A DNA stretch of 64,000 nt from NCBI GenBank assembly GCA_951406725.2, contig OX597830.1, forward strand, positions 47,182,001-47,246,000, in the 5' to 3' direction. Position 1 is the stretch's first letter. Every line of letters begins with the position of its first letter. Below are positions 28,326 through 44,588 of this stretch, piece by piece. The position numbers and the translations under genes were made by a program. The notes under the pieces are model-generated. The model was not told the DNA's origin and searched no databases. It saw only the letters and a program-made list of their open reading frames with translations. Source of the stretch: Octopus vulgaris (Eukaryota).

Positions 28326-29144
28326 ATTGCTTGTGAGCAACGTTTAAAGACTAACTGGATGAAGGGATGGGGGTGGGGTGAAATATCTCTTTTAACTTTT
28401 GGTCATTGGACTGCGGCCATGCTGGGGCACTGCCTTCAAGGGTTCAATCGTTTATGCCGAGCCACTTAATTACGGGGATGTAAACAAACCGACACTGGTT
28501 GTCAAGCTGTGGGAGGACAAACACAAAGGCACACACAGGGACACAGACAGACAACCGATCGAAGGAGCAATAATTTCATTGCGATATGATCAATACACTA
28601 AAGTCTTAAAATATTCATTCTTCGGAGTTTCAAGTAGATCACATAAGTAAGTACAACTTCGCCATGTTTGCCTCTGTGATCGAGAGAACTAACAACTGGC
28701 AACTGACTGCTTCAATAACGTGCAACATTGAATTTAAACCTTTTCACTTGTATAGTTTGAAAATTAAAATTTTCATGTATAAAATATCACATATTCAGTC
28801 TATACGTAAACATTCTAAACTCACTTACGAAAACATTATTTATACAACTTTACATACACAGCGAGTACAGTATACACCTGAAAACATGTTCACTTGTATA
28901 GTTTCAAAATGGAAGCATTTTAACTGATTGTGTTGTTGAAGATAAAGTACGTTGCAATGACATTTTAAATGGTGTCTCGACATAACGGTTGGGATTGTTC
29001 TGTTCGTGATAAAAAGCGCAAAGGTATACATACACACACATACATACATACATACATACATACATACATACATACATACATACATACATACATACATACA
29101 TACATACACACATGTATATATATATATGTATCTATATATGTATA

Positions 29145-29214
<70 letters not shown>

Positions 29215-29316
29215 TAATCCAAACAAGAAAACAAAAAAACAAAAAAGACAACAACGCGAGGAGGTGGAACAATTAAGGTATTATTAGGCGCTCAGGAAAA
29301 AAGGGAAGAAGGAGGG

Positions 29317-29399
<83 letters not shown>

Positions 29400-29403
29400 A
29401 TAC

Positions 29404-29585
<182 letters not shown>

Positions 29586-29918
29586 TTGCTTCTTGTGCTC
29601 AATAAGTTCCATACGGCAACGAGCAGAAATATATTTACCGTTGAGACGGTTGATTTCCCCCACGAAATAATGCTGCTTCTGTTTACTTCAACAGTATCTT
29701 ATTGAACAACAGCTGTGAATTTTCAACGTGTTCCATTGTTAAAAATGATTCCTACCTAAATTAATCTAATTACCAAACAAAAGGCAAACTGGAAATAAAT
29801 TAAACGGATTCCTATTGTCATTTTGATGATGATAAAACGAGATTATTATACTGATAGAGCAGAGTTGTTACTCCAGGTGACTCGAGAATCTATACAATAT
29901 CATTTTAAATATGAGGAA

Positions 29919-29984
<66 letters not shown>

Positions 29985-31124
29985 TAGATTGGTGGAAATC
30001 TATATAGCAGTATTTACCAGCTGAATTCTTATGAGTCTTCTGGTTTCTGTTATGGAGACATAAATTTCAACTGCCAACGGCATTTAGGTACGAGTCTTTA
30101 CTTTCTCTATTCAAATCCAGTGAGTTCAACTTTAACTTTTATTGACTTCGTTATCAGGACAGAGGTGAATCCCGAGGAGTACCAGTCAAACACTGGAATC
30201 AATATAAATGACTGTTTCCGCCCAACAAGGCACATACTGAGAAATTTTAAGATAAATATTAATTCTTTAATTCATTTTTAAACATTGGCTTAATAAATCC
30301 CCTAACATTTAATTCTAATTCCTACTCCTAAATAATTTAACCTTCAACTAGTTTCTCCATTCACGGCTTCCTACACACCCATAATCCCATTGCTAAAATA
30401 ACTCTACAGCCACTGACCTTAGCCATAAAGTGGACAAAATTATTTACTACTAGATTTCCTCCCCAATCCCTACAAACCAGAAGACTACCACTGGCATCTC
30501 CGACTCTCTTTAAATTCCTTTCATTTTGCTCTATTTTGTTTATTTTTTTATGTTATCTTCCTCAACCTCCTCATCTTCTCTCTTATCTTCTTGGCTATCT
30601 TTGTACACTATATTCTTAGACACTATATGTTTACATACCTCACTTTATTTATCCTTAACGCCAATCCTTAACTTCCCTCTTCACTCAATCTACCTCTCTT
30701 TCTATATATTTACTTTTCTTTCTTTTTACCCTTTAATAACCACCCCCGCTACGTTTCCGTTGCTGAACGTTTAATATGTTCGCGTCTTTTTTCTGGATGT
30801 TTACAATATCAGGACTTTAACCCACGTGGATTTACTCAGGATTGCACCTACGGGCTTATGGACTTATTTCTACAACATTGGAAAATTGAACTGTGGACTT
30901 ATATATATATGTTACTTTTTGGCCATGTAATGATACGTGCTTCTCTACTCCTTCCTCCTTTTACTCCTCTTCTGACGTTTCCCTTTTTCCGACGAAGAAC
31001 AATGCTCATTTCCACTCCTATTCTTCTATCTGAAATTTTTACTGGGCGTCAATCTAATATATTTACTGTATACATCGTTTTAACTTTTGGTGATTTCTCC
31101 AGATCTTTTCATTTTTAATTTTGC

Positions 31125-31162
<38 letters not shown>

Positions 31163-31164
<2 letters not shown>

Positions 31165-31365
31165 GGTCCCGGGTTGAGTCGGGGTTAACCACAGTAAATA
31201 AGGTACTCAATACATAGCAGAGTAAATTAATTTATTTTATAGAAGGAGCTTCTACAGGACTAGAACTGTTTCATTCAAATGAAATCTTCACGAAAATGTT
31301 TTCCTGAAGATTTCATTTGAATGAGACAGTTCTAGTCCTGTAGAAGCTCCTTCTATAAAATAAAT
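31163..31365. repeat. 136-bp near-perfect palindrome (31230-31365) in a TA tract, with an HHR-like core in each arm
   Basis: Centre at 31297/31298; arm consensus CTGAAGA t ttca tt tgaa t GAAA cagt TC; left arm extends to 31163. Confidence 0.9.
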
Positions 31366-32134
31366 AAATATATATATATATACAGTAAAGTTTCTTTGTT
31401 TATTGTACAGGCACTACTCAGAAGTGCTCAGATAAAGGACCTGGTATGCAAAGGTATCAAAAAATGTTAAAGAGAATTTCAGATGGGTTCAACAATTTAT
31501 TAATACATATTCTGACATGGATCGATGCATATCAGTCTTAAAATATACCAATGTATCAGTCGTTAATATATATATATACATACATACACCAGCTCTGTGG
31601 CGAGCGAGATCATACGTAGAAATAGATCAGGAGATAAAGAGTTAATGGAAATATTCTAATAATATCAGGGAATTCTATCCAGAAAGGTAACATCTGCAGA
31701 ATGCATTCGTGGGTTTTTCAATTTTTTACAATATTTTCTGAATGTATTAATACTTTCCTACCGAACACAATATTCCTTAGAAAAGCTTATAAAAGCAAGA
31801 TAATGCGCACTATAAGCTTGTCAACGGGAGTATCTCTACATGTGTAAACCCATCCTGTTAGAAATAGCAGCTAAATCTTCCTGAAATTGCATCTTATAAT
31901 TGCAAGAGAGGAAACGCATTGGAGAAGTGCTCTCAGATATATATTATGATCAATGTGTGTTCAAAGCTATTAAACCTTTGATCATATATGTACTGAATCG
32001 TAGTTGGGCAGTTCGATGGGACAAGCAACAACAACAACAACAACAACAAGATTTACGATGTCAAAAGAAAGCACGCACGGCATCCATCATTCCTCTGTTG
32101 TTAAAATTGATTATGGCTTTACAAGACTTTCAAA

Positions 32135-32175
<41 letters not shown>

Positions 32176-32310
32176 TTTCTCTCTCTCTCACTCACACACA
32201 CACACACACACACACAAACATGGAAAGATACACATCCACACATATTTCTCGCATACACACTCACTGAGACGCAAACATACAATAACAAAACCCCACGTCC
32301 GTACAGTAAA

Positions 32311-32385
<75 letters not shown>

Positions 32386-32922
32386 ATACACAGATACTCA
32401 TAGACGTGATACTTACATACATTCCATGAGCCCGCTTCACAGGCTCTCGTATATACACACATACATAATACATACATACATACATACACTTACATGTCAA
32501 ACATACACACTCTCATCACTACACACACTCACCAGATTCGCAAGCATGCATACACACCCACACACACCCAAGGCCCCCCACACACACACACTCACACGCG
32601 CACATAAATACGCACACACACGTATGCACTCATGAATCACACACACTTCCACATCTGGGCACTATCTTGAATATAACTCATATACAAACACATACTTCGG
32701 CTTCGGGAATTTTACTTCCGTAGTTAACTATTACGCACGCACACACACACATACACACACACAACACATTTACAAACACATTCACACACTCACACACGCA
32801 CGCACGCACTTACATTCATCCTTCCGTTTCCCAAATATGCACATTCACAAATACTCACTATACATGTACACACGCAAAAATACAATTTATATTATGCCAA
32901 AGCACACATACAACGCAACATA

Positions 32923-33110
32923 ATCACATACACATTTCAGACACATACACCTTTCAGACACATACACCTTTCAGACACATACACATTTCAGACACATACA
33001 CCTTTCAGGCACATACACATTTCAGACACATTTCAGACACATACACCTTTCAGGCACATACACATTTCAGACACGTACACCTTTCAGACACATACACATT
33101 TCAAACACAT
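32923..33110. repeat. 17-bp minisatellite (acacatacacMtttcag)n
   Basis: About 10-11 tandem units with variants. Confidence 0.9.
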
Positions 33111-33288
33111 ACACGTTAATGTGTCTCAAACATACTTCTGCGTTTTGGATTTTTAAAAAAACGTCGTAGGTTGATTTAAACACGAACAGGAACAAAACAC
33201 TAATTTTAAATTGTAGATACACAGAGAGAAAAACCACAACCGTTTGCCTCAGTTGTGATGTATAAACACACACACACGTACGCACGCA

Positions 33289-33323
<35 letters not shown>

Positions 33324-33636
33324 TAGTTTCCTCAAACGTATGTGCACATGCAAAAATACAATCGACACAGACATATGGACATATGTCTACACATACACCC
33401 ATGAAAAGTACAGATTGAAGCTAGGGATAAAACTCAGGCACTTACCTGAGGCTTTCTTTGCACTTATACTGCACACACACGCACGCATACACACACACAC
33501 ACACAAACAAGCACACACACACACATAGCAGTCCGTACAGGCACGCACATAAACTCAACATAGATGCGTCAGTATTTTCTGATGCCCGATATACACATCA
33601 ATACATATCTCACACATTTTCACAAACGCACTTACA

Positions 33637-34285
33637 TCCTTCGGCCCAGTGCGTCCATGCTGCCAACAAAGCGCGCGGAATTCTGTTTTTGATTCGACGG
33701 TCATTCGGAATGCTCACAGCAGCCATATTCCTGCCACTCTATGTCACGCTGGTGAGACCCATATTGGAGTATGGGATTCAAGCCTCTTCTCCTTATCTCC
33801 TCAAAGACATACAGCACCTCGAAAGAGTCCAGAGGCTGGCTACCCGCATGGTTCATGGTCTCAAAAATTTGTCCTACGAAGAAAGGCTGAGGACGCTCGA
33901 CCTTTATTCTCTTGAAAAACGCCGCCGCCGTGGTGATCTCATTCTCGCCCACAACATCATAAGCGGGAAGTGTAACCTCTCGAAAGAGCTGTTCTTCACT
34001 CCTGCTCCGGAGCGTCGGCTGCGGGGTCATTCCGAAAAGCTCTACCTGCGACGATTTCATCTCAATCGAAGGAGAGGAGCTTTCTCCGTCCGGGTTGCGG
34101 ATCCGTGGAACAAGCTGCCAGACGAGATGGTGAAGATGCCGACGACCGCTTTGTTCAAAGCCTCCCTGGACCTCAAGTAGCCTGAACTCTTTACATGAAC
34201 ACCACCCTGTACTTAACTCCATGTCCCCCTACATGGCCTTGCTATTTGCTTTTGAGCCAAATTAACTAACTAACTAACTAACTAA
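33637..34285 (+). mobile_element. 5'-truncated CR1-clade LINE 3' end with (CTAA)n tail
   Basis: Open frame KARGILFLIRRSF..LYVTLVRPILEYG..LERVQRLATRMV..SYEERLRTLDLYSLEKRRRRGDLI..LRGHSEKL..FSVRVADPWNKLP; tail aactaactaactaac. Confidence 0.93.
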
Positions 34286-34559
34286 CATACCCTTATCAAC
34301 CTCTCTGGTGTCACCTTATAAAACGGCGTTACACCCGGCTAATACCGCTTTTCCTTCCTCTTCTATTCCCTCTCTTATTTACTTCTATTTGTTTCACCTC
34401 ATTTTTCTTTTTTTCTGATGAAGGACTAACGATCAAAACGTCAAAGGCACTCTTCTGCCTTGATACAAACGTTAACGTTCAACAAACCGTGACGCCTAAA
34501 CAAAACACCAATCACCTTAAGTAATTTAGTGAAGCCAAACACTGATTGGTCAGAATACA

Positions 34560-34838
34560 GTTTGTAAAACATAATATTCTGGAGCCAAAACAAATGTAGT
34601 TAAGGCACACATTTTAGCCATCTTACTACAGTTATAAATTGTAAAACATAACTGCCACGAGCCTGAAGATTGCATAGTTTAATGCATGAAAGTACTAGTT
34701 CAATGAGAATGGACATTTAATAGTCTATCATTTCGTTATATTATATTATTTATTACAAGAATGTAAATAAAGCGTGGAAATCAAAGTTGGAATTCCTTTG
34801 ATTAATATATTTTTCTACACACAATCATACGCACCCAT
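34560..34838 (+). mobile_element. Single, diverged copy of the 36 kb fold-back family, with a canonical minimal HHR at 34659-34701
   Basis: gagc CTGAAGA t tgca tagtttaa tgca t GAAA gtac T A gttc; downstream sequence matches 36095-36260. Confidence 0.75.
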
Positions 34839-34839
34839 G

Positions 34840-34970
<131 letters not shown>

Positions 34971-35091
34971 GTCTATCTATCTATCTATTTATATATACAT
35001 GTGTATATACATATATATATATAGTGGGAGAGTGAGGTAGGGAGAGAGAGAGTACGAATATATATCCACACGCATTCTCTCAAACCGACAG

Positions 35092-35141
<50 letters not shown>

Positions 35142-35664
35142 AGTGACGTACACGCATACACATAGACACACGTCTGTGCTTCGATGCGTACTTACGTTTC
35201 TCTTAATGTGAGAAAGCTTTACCAAACGGAAAAATCTCCAGGCGTGTTTATATTTTCTCTCTTTAAATTTCTCTTATTTGAAAGACAATTATATTTTCCA
35301 ACTCTGGTTTCCCATTAAATTAACGTATTTCTCCAAGTCATAGCTCTAATTAGATCGGTTGTATTTGTGTGAATTAATTGCTTCATATCTTCATTGATTT
35401 CCTTTCTGGATTTCTTCTCTTTTGGGTTTTTTTTTTTTTTTTTGTTCTCCGCGTACTTTTTGTGTCTCCTTTATACAATTTTGTATCTTAAACGAATCGA
35501 AGATCAGGAATCGGTGAGATGTTTGTTGTCTGAGAAGAATGGCGAAGATGGAGGATGCGAATGTACATGTGCTTGTATGTATTTACATTGCATATGTGTA
35601 TGTGTGTGTAAGTGTGTGTGTATGCGTACGTATAAGTGTAAATATGTATTATGTGTTTGTGTAT

Positions 35665-36294
<630 letters not shown>

Positions 36295-36295
<1 letters not shown>

Positions 36296-36489
36296 TTTAT
36301 TTTAAGCAGCAGAAAATTCAACAAAATCTGTTACTCTGAGTAGCAAAAACTGTCTGATGAACGGCAACGAGAAACTCAGAGTAACAGATTTTGTTGAATT
36401 TTCTGCTGCTTAAAATAAAGCATATTACTCTACCACTGGTATTTGAGTACTCTTTTTTCCACCTTGTTTCACATTTATGTGTTTACTCC

Positions 36490-36490
<1 letters not shown>
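36295..36490. repeat. Fold-back cassette with 47-bp perfect arms around an HHR-like spacer
   Basis: Arms 36295-36341 and 36374-36420; spacer contains CTGATGA a cg gcaa cg a GAAA; (TA)n on both sides. Confidence 0.9.
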
Positions 36491-36540
<50 letters not shown>

Positions 36541-36811
36541 ACACATATACACATACACACACACATTATTTTCATGCATAACCGTCTTTGTGTCCTTTTT
36601 GTGTTTTTATTTTTTTATTCGAAATTTCCTGTTTGAACCCATTTCAAATGATGACGTGTAAGTCAATGATTAGGGGTGGAATATAATAGCTATACGTGTA
36701 TGTGTGTGCGTGTGTATGCGAGTGTATGCATGTATGAGAAAAAGAGAGAGTATGTGTGTTTGTGTGTGCGCGCTCGTGCGTGTACATGCATCCTCACTTT
36801 ACGTAAATATT

Positions 36812-37325
36812 CTTTTCTACTCTAGGAACAAGGCCCAAAATTTTTGGGTGTGGTGGGGACCAGTCGATTAGATCGACACCAGTACGCAACTGGTATTTAA
36901 TTTATCGACCCCTAACATTTGAAAGGCAAAGTCGACCTCGGCGGAATTTGAACTCAGAATGTACTAGTAGACGAAATACCTATTTCTTTACTACCCACAG
37001 AGAGGACAAACAAGGACAGACAAACGGATTAAGTCGATTATATCAACCCCAGTGCGTAACTGGTATTTATTTAATCGACCCCGAAAGGATGAAAGGCAAA
37101 GTTGACCTAGGCGGAATTTGAAAGATATGAAATATTCTTTTCTACTCTAGGCACAAGGCCCGAAACTTTTTTTTTTGTGGGGGGGTGGGCAGTCGATTAG
37201 ATCGACCCCGAAAGAATGAACGGCAAAGTCCACCTCGGCGTAATTTGAACTCAGAACGTAACGGCAGACGAAATACCGGTAAGCATTTCGCCCTGCGTGC
37301 TAATGTTTCCGCCAGCTCACCGCCT
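36812..37325 (-). mobile_element. Cluster of partial and nested SINE family C copies
   Basis: Repeated gaaaggcaaagtcgacctcggcggaatttgaactcag segments; head ends at gccagctcaccgcc. Confidence 0.85.
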
Positions 37326-37699
37326 TCTCTAGCTCGCTACCTTTACATAAACATTGCATGCCTGGAATACTGTCGTAACGCGAAATTCCATATCGCGATG
37401 CCTATTTTGCCAATTACGTTTATGTTATAATTTCAGACAGCATTTTTCAATATATAACAATCACTTAAGAACATTAATAAGAAAAAAATAGGTAATGTGC
37501 TAACCCCAAACAATATTGGCTACTCTCTGAGTGATGGGGGGGTGATTTATTTAGGGTTACTGCCTCCTTCACTGCAAGTCATCCTCTTCAGCGTCTGCTG
37601 AAAAAGATGAAGAACTTGCTCGAAATTACTTGTTATTTACGGCCCATCATCGTCATCTACAGCTCCGTGTACATACTGACCTCGTTATGAATTCAAATC

Positions 37700-38400
37700 A
37701 TTTTAATTTCTGTCATTTTTTATGTTACAATAGTAATTGGAATCTTATATTACAGCTATGATTAGAATTGTTATAAGCAAAGGGTTGCAGATCTCTCTCT
37801 AGAAGTGCCATCACTTTGGTCGTATACTTTGCAGTCATCTGAAATGGAATAACTGAAGCTTATTTTGATCTACAATTGGTTCTTGATCCAAGGACATCAG
37901 CTTCTCGTTGGAAAAATGTTTCCAAGTGTGACTAGAGCAACTCAACCACATCAGCTTTCTCCATCACCGTAACATTTTACTAAACCTGATGCAGATTTTT
38001 TTATAGTAGAAAACCTGACACGGATAAAAATTGCATTTCATCCAATGATTCGGTATCCATAATACTGACCATTTCCCCAGAGCTCTCTAACTTTTGGTTT
38101 ATCACCCGCCATGTATTGCTTTATGGTTTGTTTCAAAGTTCTCAGGTAATATTTCTTGAAGTTACCATAGACATTTTCATCCATTAAATTAGATGTTGTG
38201 TTGTTGGAGATATAATTCCGATCTCACATCGCCAGAAGATTCATCTAAGTTTACTGAGTGGTTTTATGTATTGTCTAAACAAGGATATCAAATTCGTTTG
38301 GCTTTGCGGACCAGATTTAAACGTATTGTATGTCCCTCGGGCCATATGATGACAGTTATTTCACCCCAAACCCCAATTCTTAATATAAGTCAAAGTAATT
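37700..38400 (-). mobile_element. Old Tigger/pogo transposase remnant
   Basis: Reverse fragments LDNT, TSNLMDENVYGNFKKYYLRTLKQ (compare QPMDQGVIATFKAYYLR) and DVVELL*SH..FSNEKLMSLDQE. Confidence 0.6.
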
Positions 38401-39119
38401 GAATAAATGGGTCAGCATACATTTTAGCAACTTTATTCACAGAAAAGGAAAAGAAAGATTATGTGACATTAGCAAAGTTTGTGGGCAGATAGTGATAAGG
38501 AGATAGAACGCGTCCAAATGAATACATACAGTTCTTGGGAAGACTAATGATTGATAGAAACTTGCACGGCTTCAGTTGCGAAACCTTTCAAGCTCCTTCG
38601 TGTACTTAAAATCCATTCAGCCGAACGCGTCCGTACATATGAAAAAAAATTCTCGTTTGGTTCTGCATATATGGACAAAGTGAAATGGAAATAGATTTCA
38701 TCTTTTCGTATATGGATTCGTGTTTCTTTTTTGGTTGAGATTATAAAATATTCTCTTAGGTACATTGATTTGATTAATAATTGCAACCAGTGTCAATCAC
38801 AACTCTAGTCGGGCTCCGATTCTGAACGTATGCGAGTGATTTATATTTAGGAGAATATTTTGAAATTAAAGAATACTAATAAAATTTCGTTTAATACAGT
38901 TGAGCCAGAAATCAGGTTTAACATGGCTGCGGTTTGCTTGTTTAACAGAATCTTGTTTTAAAAGAGTACTGCTTTGTTGGAAATATCAATAAATGGTACT
39001 GTACTTGTCTACAGTAGGGCAACGTTCGTAAACTAATCTTGGAAACAATTTGTACTCACTCAAGCTTCTTTTTCGTTTGGACGCCAAGCGTAGACCTTGA
39101 AAGCATTTTTCTGCTAATA

Positions 39120-39419
39120 TCTATATATATAAAACTGAAGTTGTGTGGTGTCTGTCTCCTACGATTTAGATTCCTAACTACTCCCACATTTTGCGGTGCA
39201 GTTTAACCAAAAGCGGGTATCTTATAGTCGTGATTCATATCGAGTCCTTCTGGGTATTAGCGCGCGTCTACGATGAGTCTACGACTTAAAAAAATTTACC
39301 ATCATTTTTTTCCATTTTTAATGCATTTCTTTGCTATTATATAAGGGAAGTAACTCTCTAAAAATGCTTATATAGTTATTTCCCTTACAAACCCGAGCAA
39401 CGCCGGGCGATACTGCTAG
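39120..39419 (+). mobile_element. Non-autonomous Helitron
   Basis: a|TCtatatatataaaactgaagttg...cccgagcaacgccgggcgatactgCTAG|t. Confidence 0.9.
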
Positions 39420-40714
39420 TATTAATATAAACTGAGAGTAACATTTCTTCCGACAAGAAGAGTTAGAGAAATTTTTGGAAACATTAAAGCTCGTTTTTCG
39501 TTAGTAAAAATATAAGTCGAATCCGGGAAGCGCCACACGAATGTCTCGTTTCATTCCGTTCAGCCTCTATATGCCTCTTTAGCAACTCATCCACATCCTG
39601 TATCCAATAGAGCATTAAATTCGTTATAAATGCTGAATTTTCGCGGTCCCATTCTTTTCTTGTATTTCATCAATGGAAATATTAAAAAATTATTGATTTG
39701 CTATTTGTTATAACAGTTTCAAAAGATTTTTACAAAATGAATGAAAGCGGATCTCTGTTGCAAAATTCACCAGGCCCATTCTAAGGAATCAACTCTCCGT
39801 GTATTAATTCATTTGATCCGCTTCATACAATGGTTGTGAATTTTTAACTGCCTCGCGGGAAGGGAAACACATAAATCTTGAGAACAGTTCGTTGAACAAT
39901 GTAACTTAGCGGAGTTGTGTGTGACATGTAGGAATTCTTCTGTATAAATTATTTTTAAGCTTTTGTAGAAGACTCATTGGAATTAGATGCAATATTGTAA
40001 ATAAAAAGAAAAATATGAAGTTGAAATTATGAGACAAAACCGTCATTGAAATCTTTAGTACAAAACAATTTCCAATAATGAAAACAAATGACGGAGAAGG
40101 GAAGAACATGGAAACAGTGAGCAGGAAAACCGAAGCCTTCTCGTGTTTAATGAGTAAACGTTTCGATCAGTTTGATCAATATAATTGATCAAACAAAATT
40201 ACAATAAGATACATGCTACTTTCTTTCTCACAACTTTCAGACAGATCTATATGGGGAGAAGTGTTTAGAACAAAAAATAAAAAAAAGCATCTGATGAATT
40301 TTGTGCTTTTACCGTAAGAGAGAAGCAGCGAAAAAGAGACACAACGACGCCCAGAAAAAACTTCTAAGGTGCATATTACGTTGACCATCACCATTTTGTC
40401 TGAGTTTGCTAAGCCTGGCGGCTGCCTTTCTTTTCATTTGTCTCCTACTTGCAGGCTTACAGAGTAGTAAATAGTGAAACTACGAAAGGGAAAGAAGAAA
40501 ATGCCTCATTATACGAGTGAAAGTTCTGAAATGATACTCTCTAACAGATAATTTTAGCTTATTGTGTTGGGATGCGAGGATAACAAAGAAAACGCGCGCC
40601 TTAATGTGGATCAAAATATAGCGAAATATCTTTGGCGATATCATGACAGCCAATTGCGGCTGGAAGGAGTGCTAACTGTCAGGAAGTCTGAAATCGTTGG
40701 GATACACTGTGTAA

Positions 40715-43124
<2,410 letters not shown>

Positions 43125-43267
43125 TGTATGTATGTATGTATGTATGTATGTATGTATGTATGTATGTATGTATGTATGTATGTATGTATGTATGTATGTA
43201 TGTATCTATATATTTCGTTTTTGGATTTGATTTCCAAGATTATTTTGGGCAGTTCGTGTGTTGAAGC

Positions 43268-43412
43268 ATATTCTGTTGTGTCCGGGGAGAGTCTTTTAGT
43301 GCCTTATAATTTCCACTAGAAAAATAAATAAATAAATAAGTGGAACTTTTACCGGTGAGTGTGTTAAATTATAAGGCACCAAAAGAGAATGACTCTCCTC
43401 AGATACAACAGA

Positions 43413-43416
<4 letters not shown>
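43268..43416. repeat. Imperfect inverted repeat between microsatellites
   Basis: ctgttgtgtccggggagagtc..gtgccttataattt versus aaattataaggcac..gactctcctcagatacaacag; a related single copy lies near 51965-52045. Confidence 0.7.
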
Positions 43417-43460
<44 letters not shown>

Positions 43461-43616
43461 TGTGCATGGAGATATTACAACCGTATCTGATTATTAAAAT
43501 GCTTCAATTCTGTGTTTGTATTTAACCGATTGCTAACATAAACGGTTTCTTCAATGTTTTGATGCGACATCTACCATTAATAACACTATCGCATTTTTGA
43601 AGACACGGGGGTGCTA

Positions 43617-43652
<36 letters not shown>

Positions 43653-43821
43653 ATAATAGTTATCGCCATACTAATATGGCATTCTTATAAAAATAAGAAA
43701 AAAGCTGTCCGCTTATTAGCTCCATGAGGCCATCGCCTTAAGTTAGCTATTTGATACACAAACTGTATCCATATAACCTTCGAACAAGGGAGGTCAGTCG
43801 CTCCACACTACTTGACCGGCA

Positions 43822-43863
43822 GCTACAGACGCGTTTCGGGGTATTGCCCCTTTTCAATGCAGC
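43822..43863 (-). ncRNA. Minimal type I hammerhead ribozyme, U3-A8 variant
   Basis: Exact reverse complement of 44321-44362. Confidence 0.82.
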
Positions 43864-44320
43864 GTAGCCAGCCAGTAGGTGTCGCTTCCGACAATCTCTG
43901 TTCGATGGTTTTATTTACCTAGATTCGGTGGAATACATCCACTTGTTTTCAATAATAGAAATATTAAAATAACTAAGTCTCTCTAAAAGAGAACAGCGGC
44001 AGCGTTCCCGGAAAATAATAGTTATCGCCATACTAATATGGCATTCTTATAAAAATAAGAAAAAAGCTGTCCGCTTATTAGCTCCATGAGGCCATCGCCT
44101 TAAGTTAGCTATTTGATACACAAACTGTATCCATATAACCTTCGAACAAGGGAGGTCAGTCGCTCCACACTACTTGACCGGCAGCTACAGACGCGTTTTA
44201 GAGAGACTTAGTTATTTTAATATTTCTATTATTGAAAACAAGTGGATGTATTCCACCGAATCTAGGTAAATAAAACCATCGAACAGAGATTGTCGGAAGC
44301 GACACCTACTGGCTGGCTAC

Positions 44321-44362
44321 GCTGCATTGAAAAGGGGCAATACCCCGAAACGCGTCTGTAGC
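44321..44362 (+). ncRNA. Minimal type I hammerhead ribozyme, U3-A8 variant; predicted cleavage after C44356
   Basis: Stem I gctgca/tgtagc; core TTGAAAA; stem II gggg caata cccc; GAAA; palindromic loop cgcg; T-C cleavage site. Confidence 0.82.
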
Positions 44363-44588
44363 TGCCGGTCAAGTAGTGTGGAGCGACTGACCTCCCTTGT
44401 TCGAAGGTTATATGGATACAGTTTGTGTATCAAATAGCTAACTTAAGGCGATGGCCTCATGGAGCTAATAAGCGGACAGCTTTTTTCTTATTTTTATAAG
44501 AATGCCATATTAGTATGGCGATAACTATTATTTTCCGGGAACGCTGCCGCTGTTCTCTTTTAGAGAGACTTAGTTATTTTAATATTTC

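Noticed and set aside
32923-33110. CRISPR-like array
   Set aside because: Head-to-tail 17-bp units with no unique spacers, in a eukaryotic context with no cas genes.
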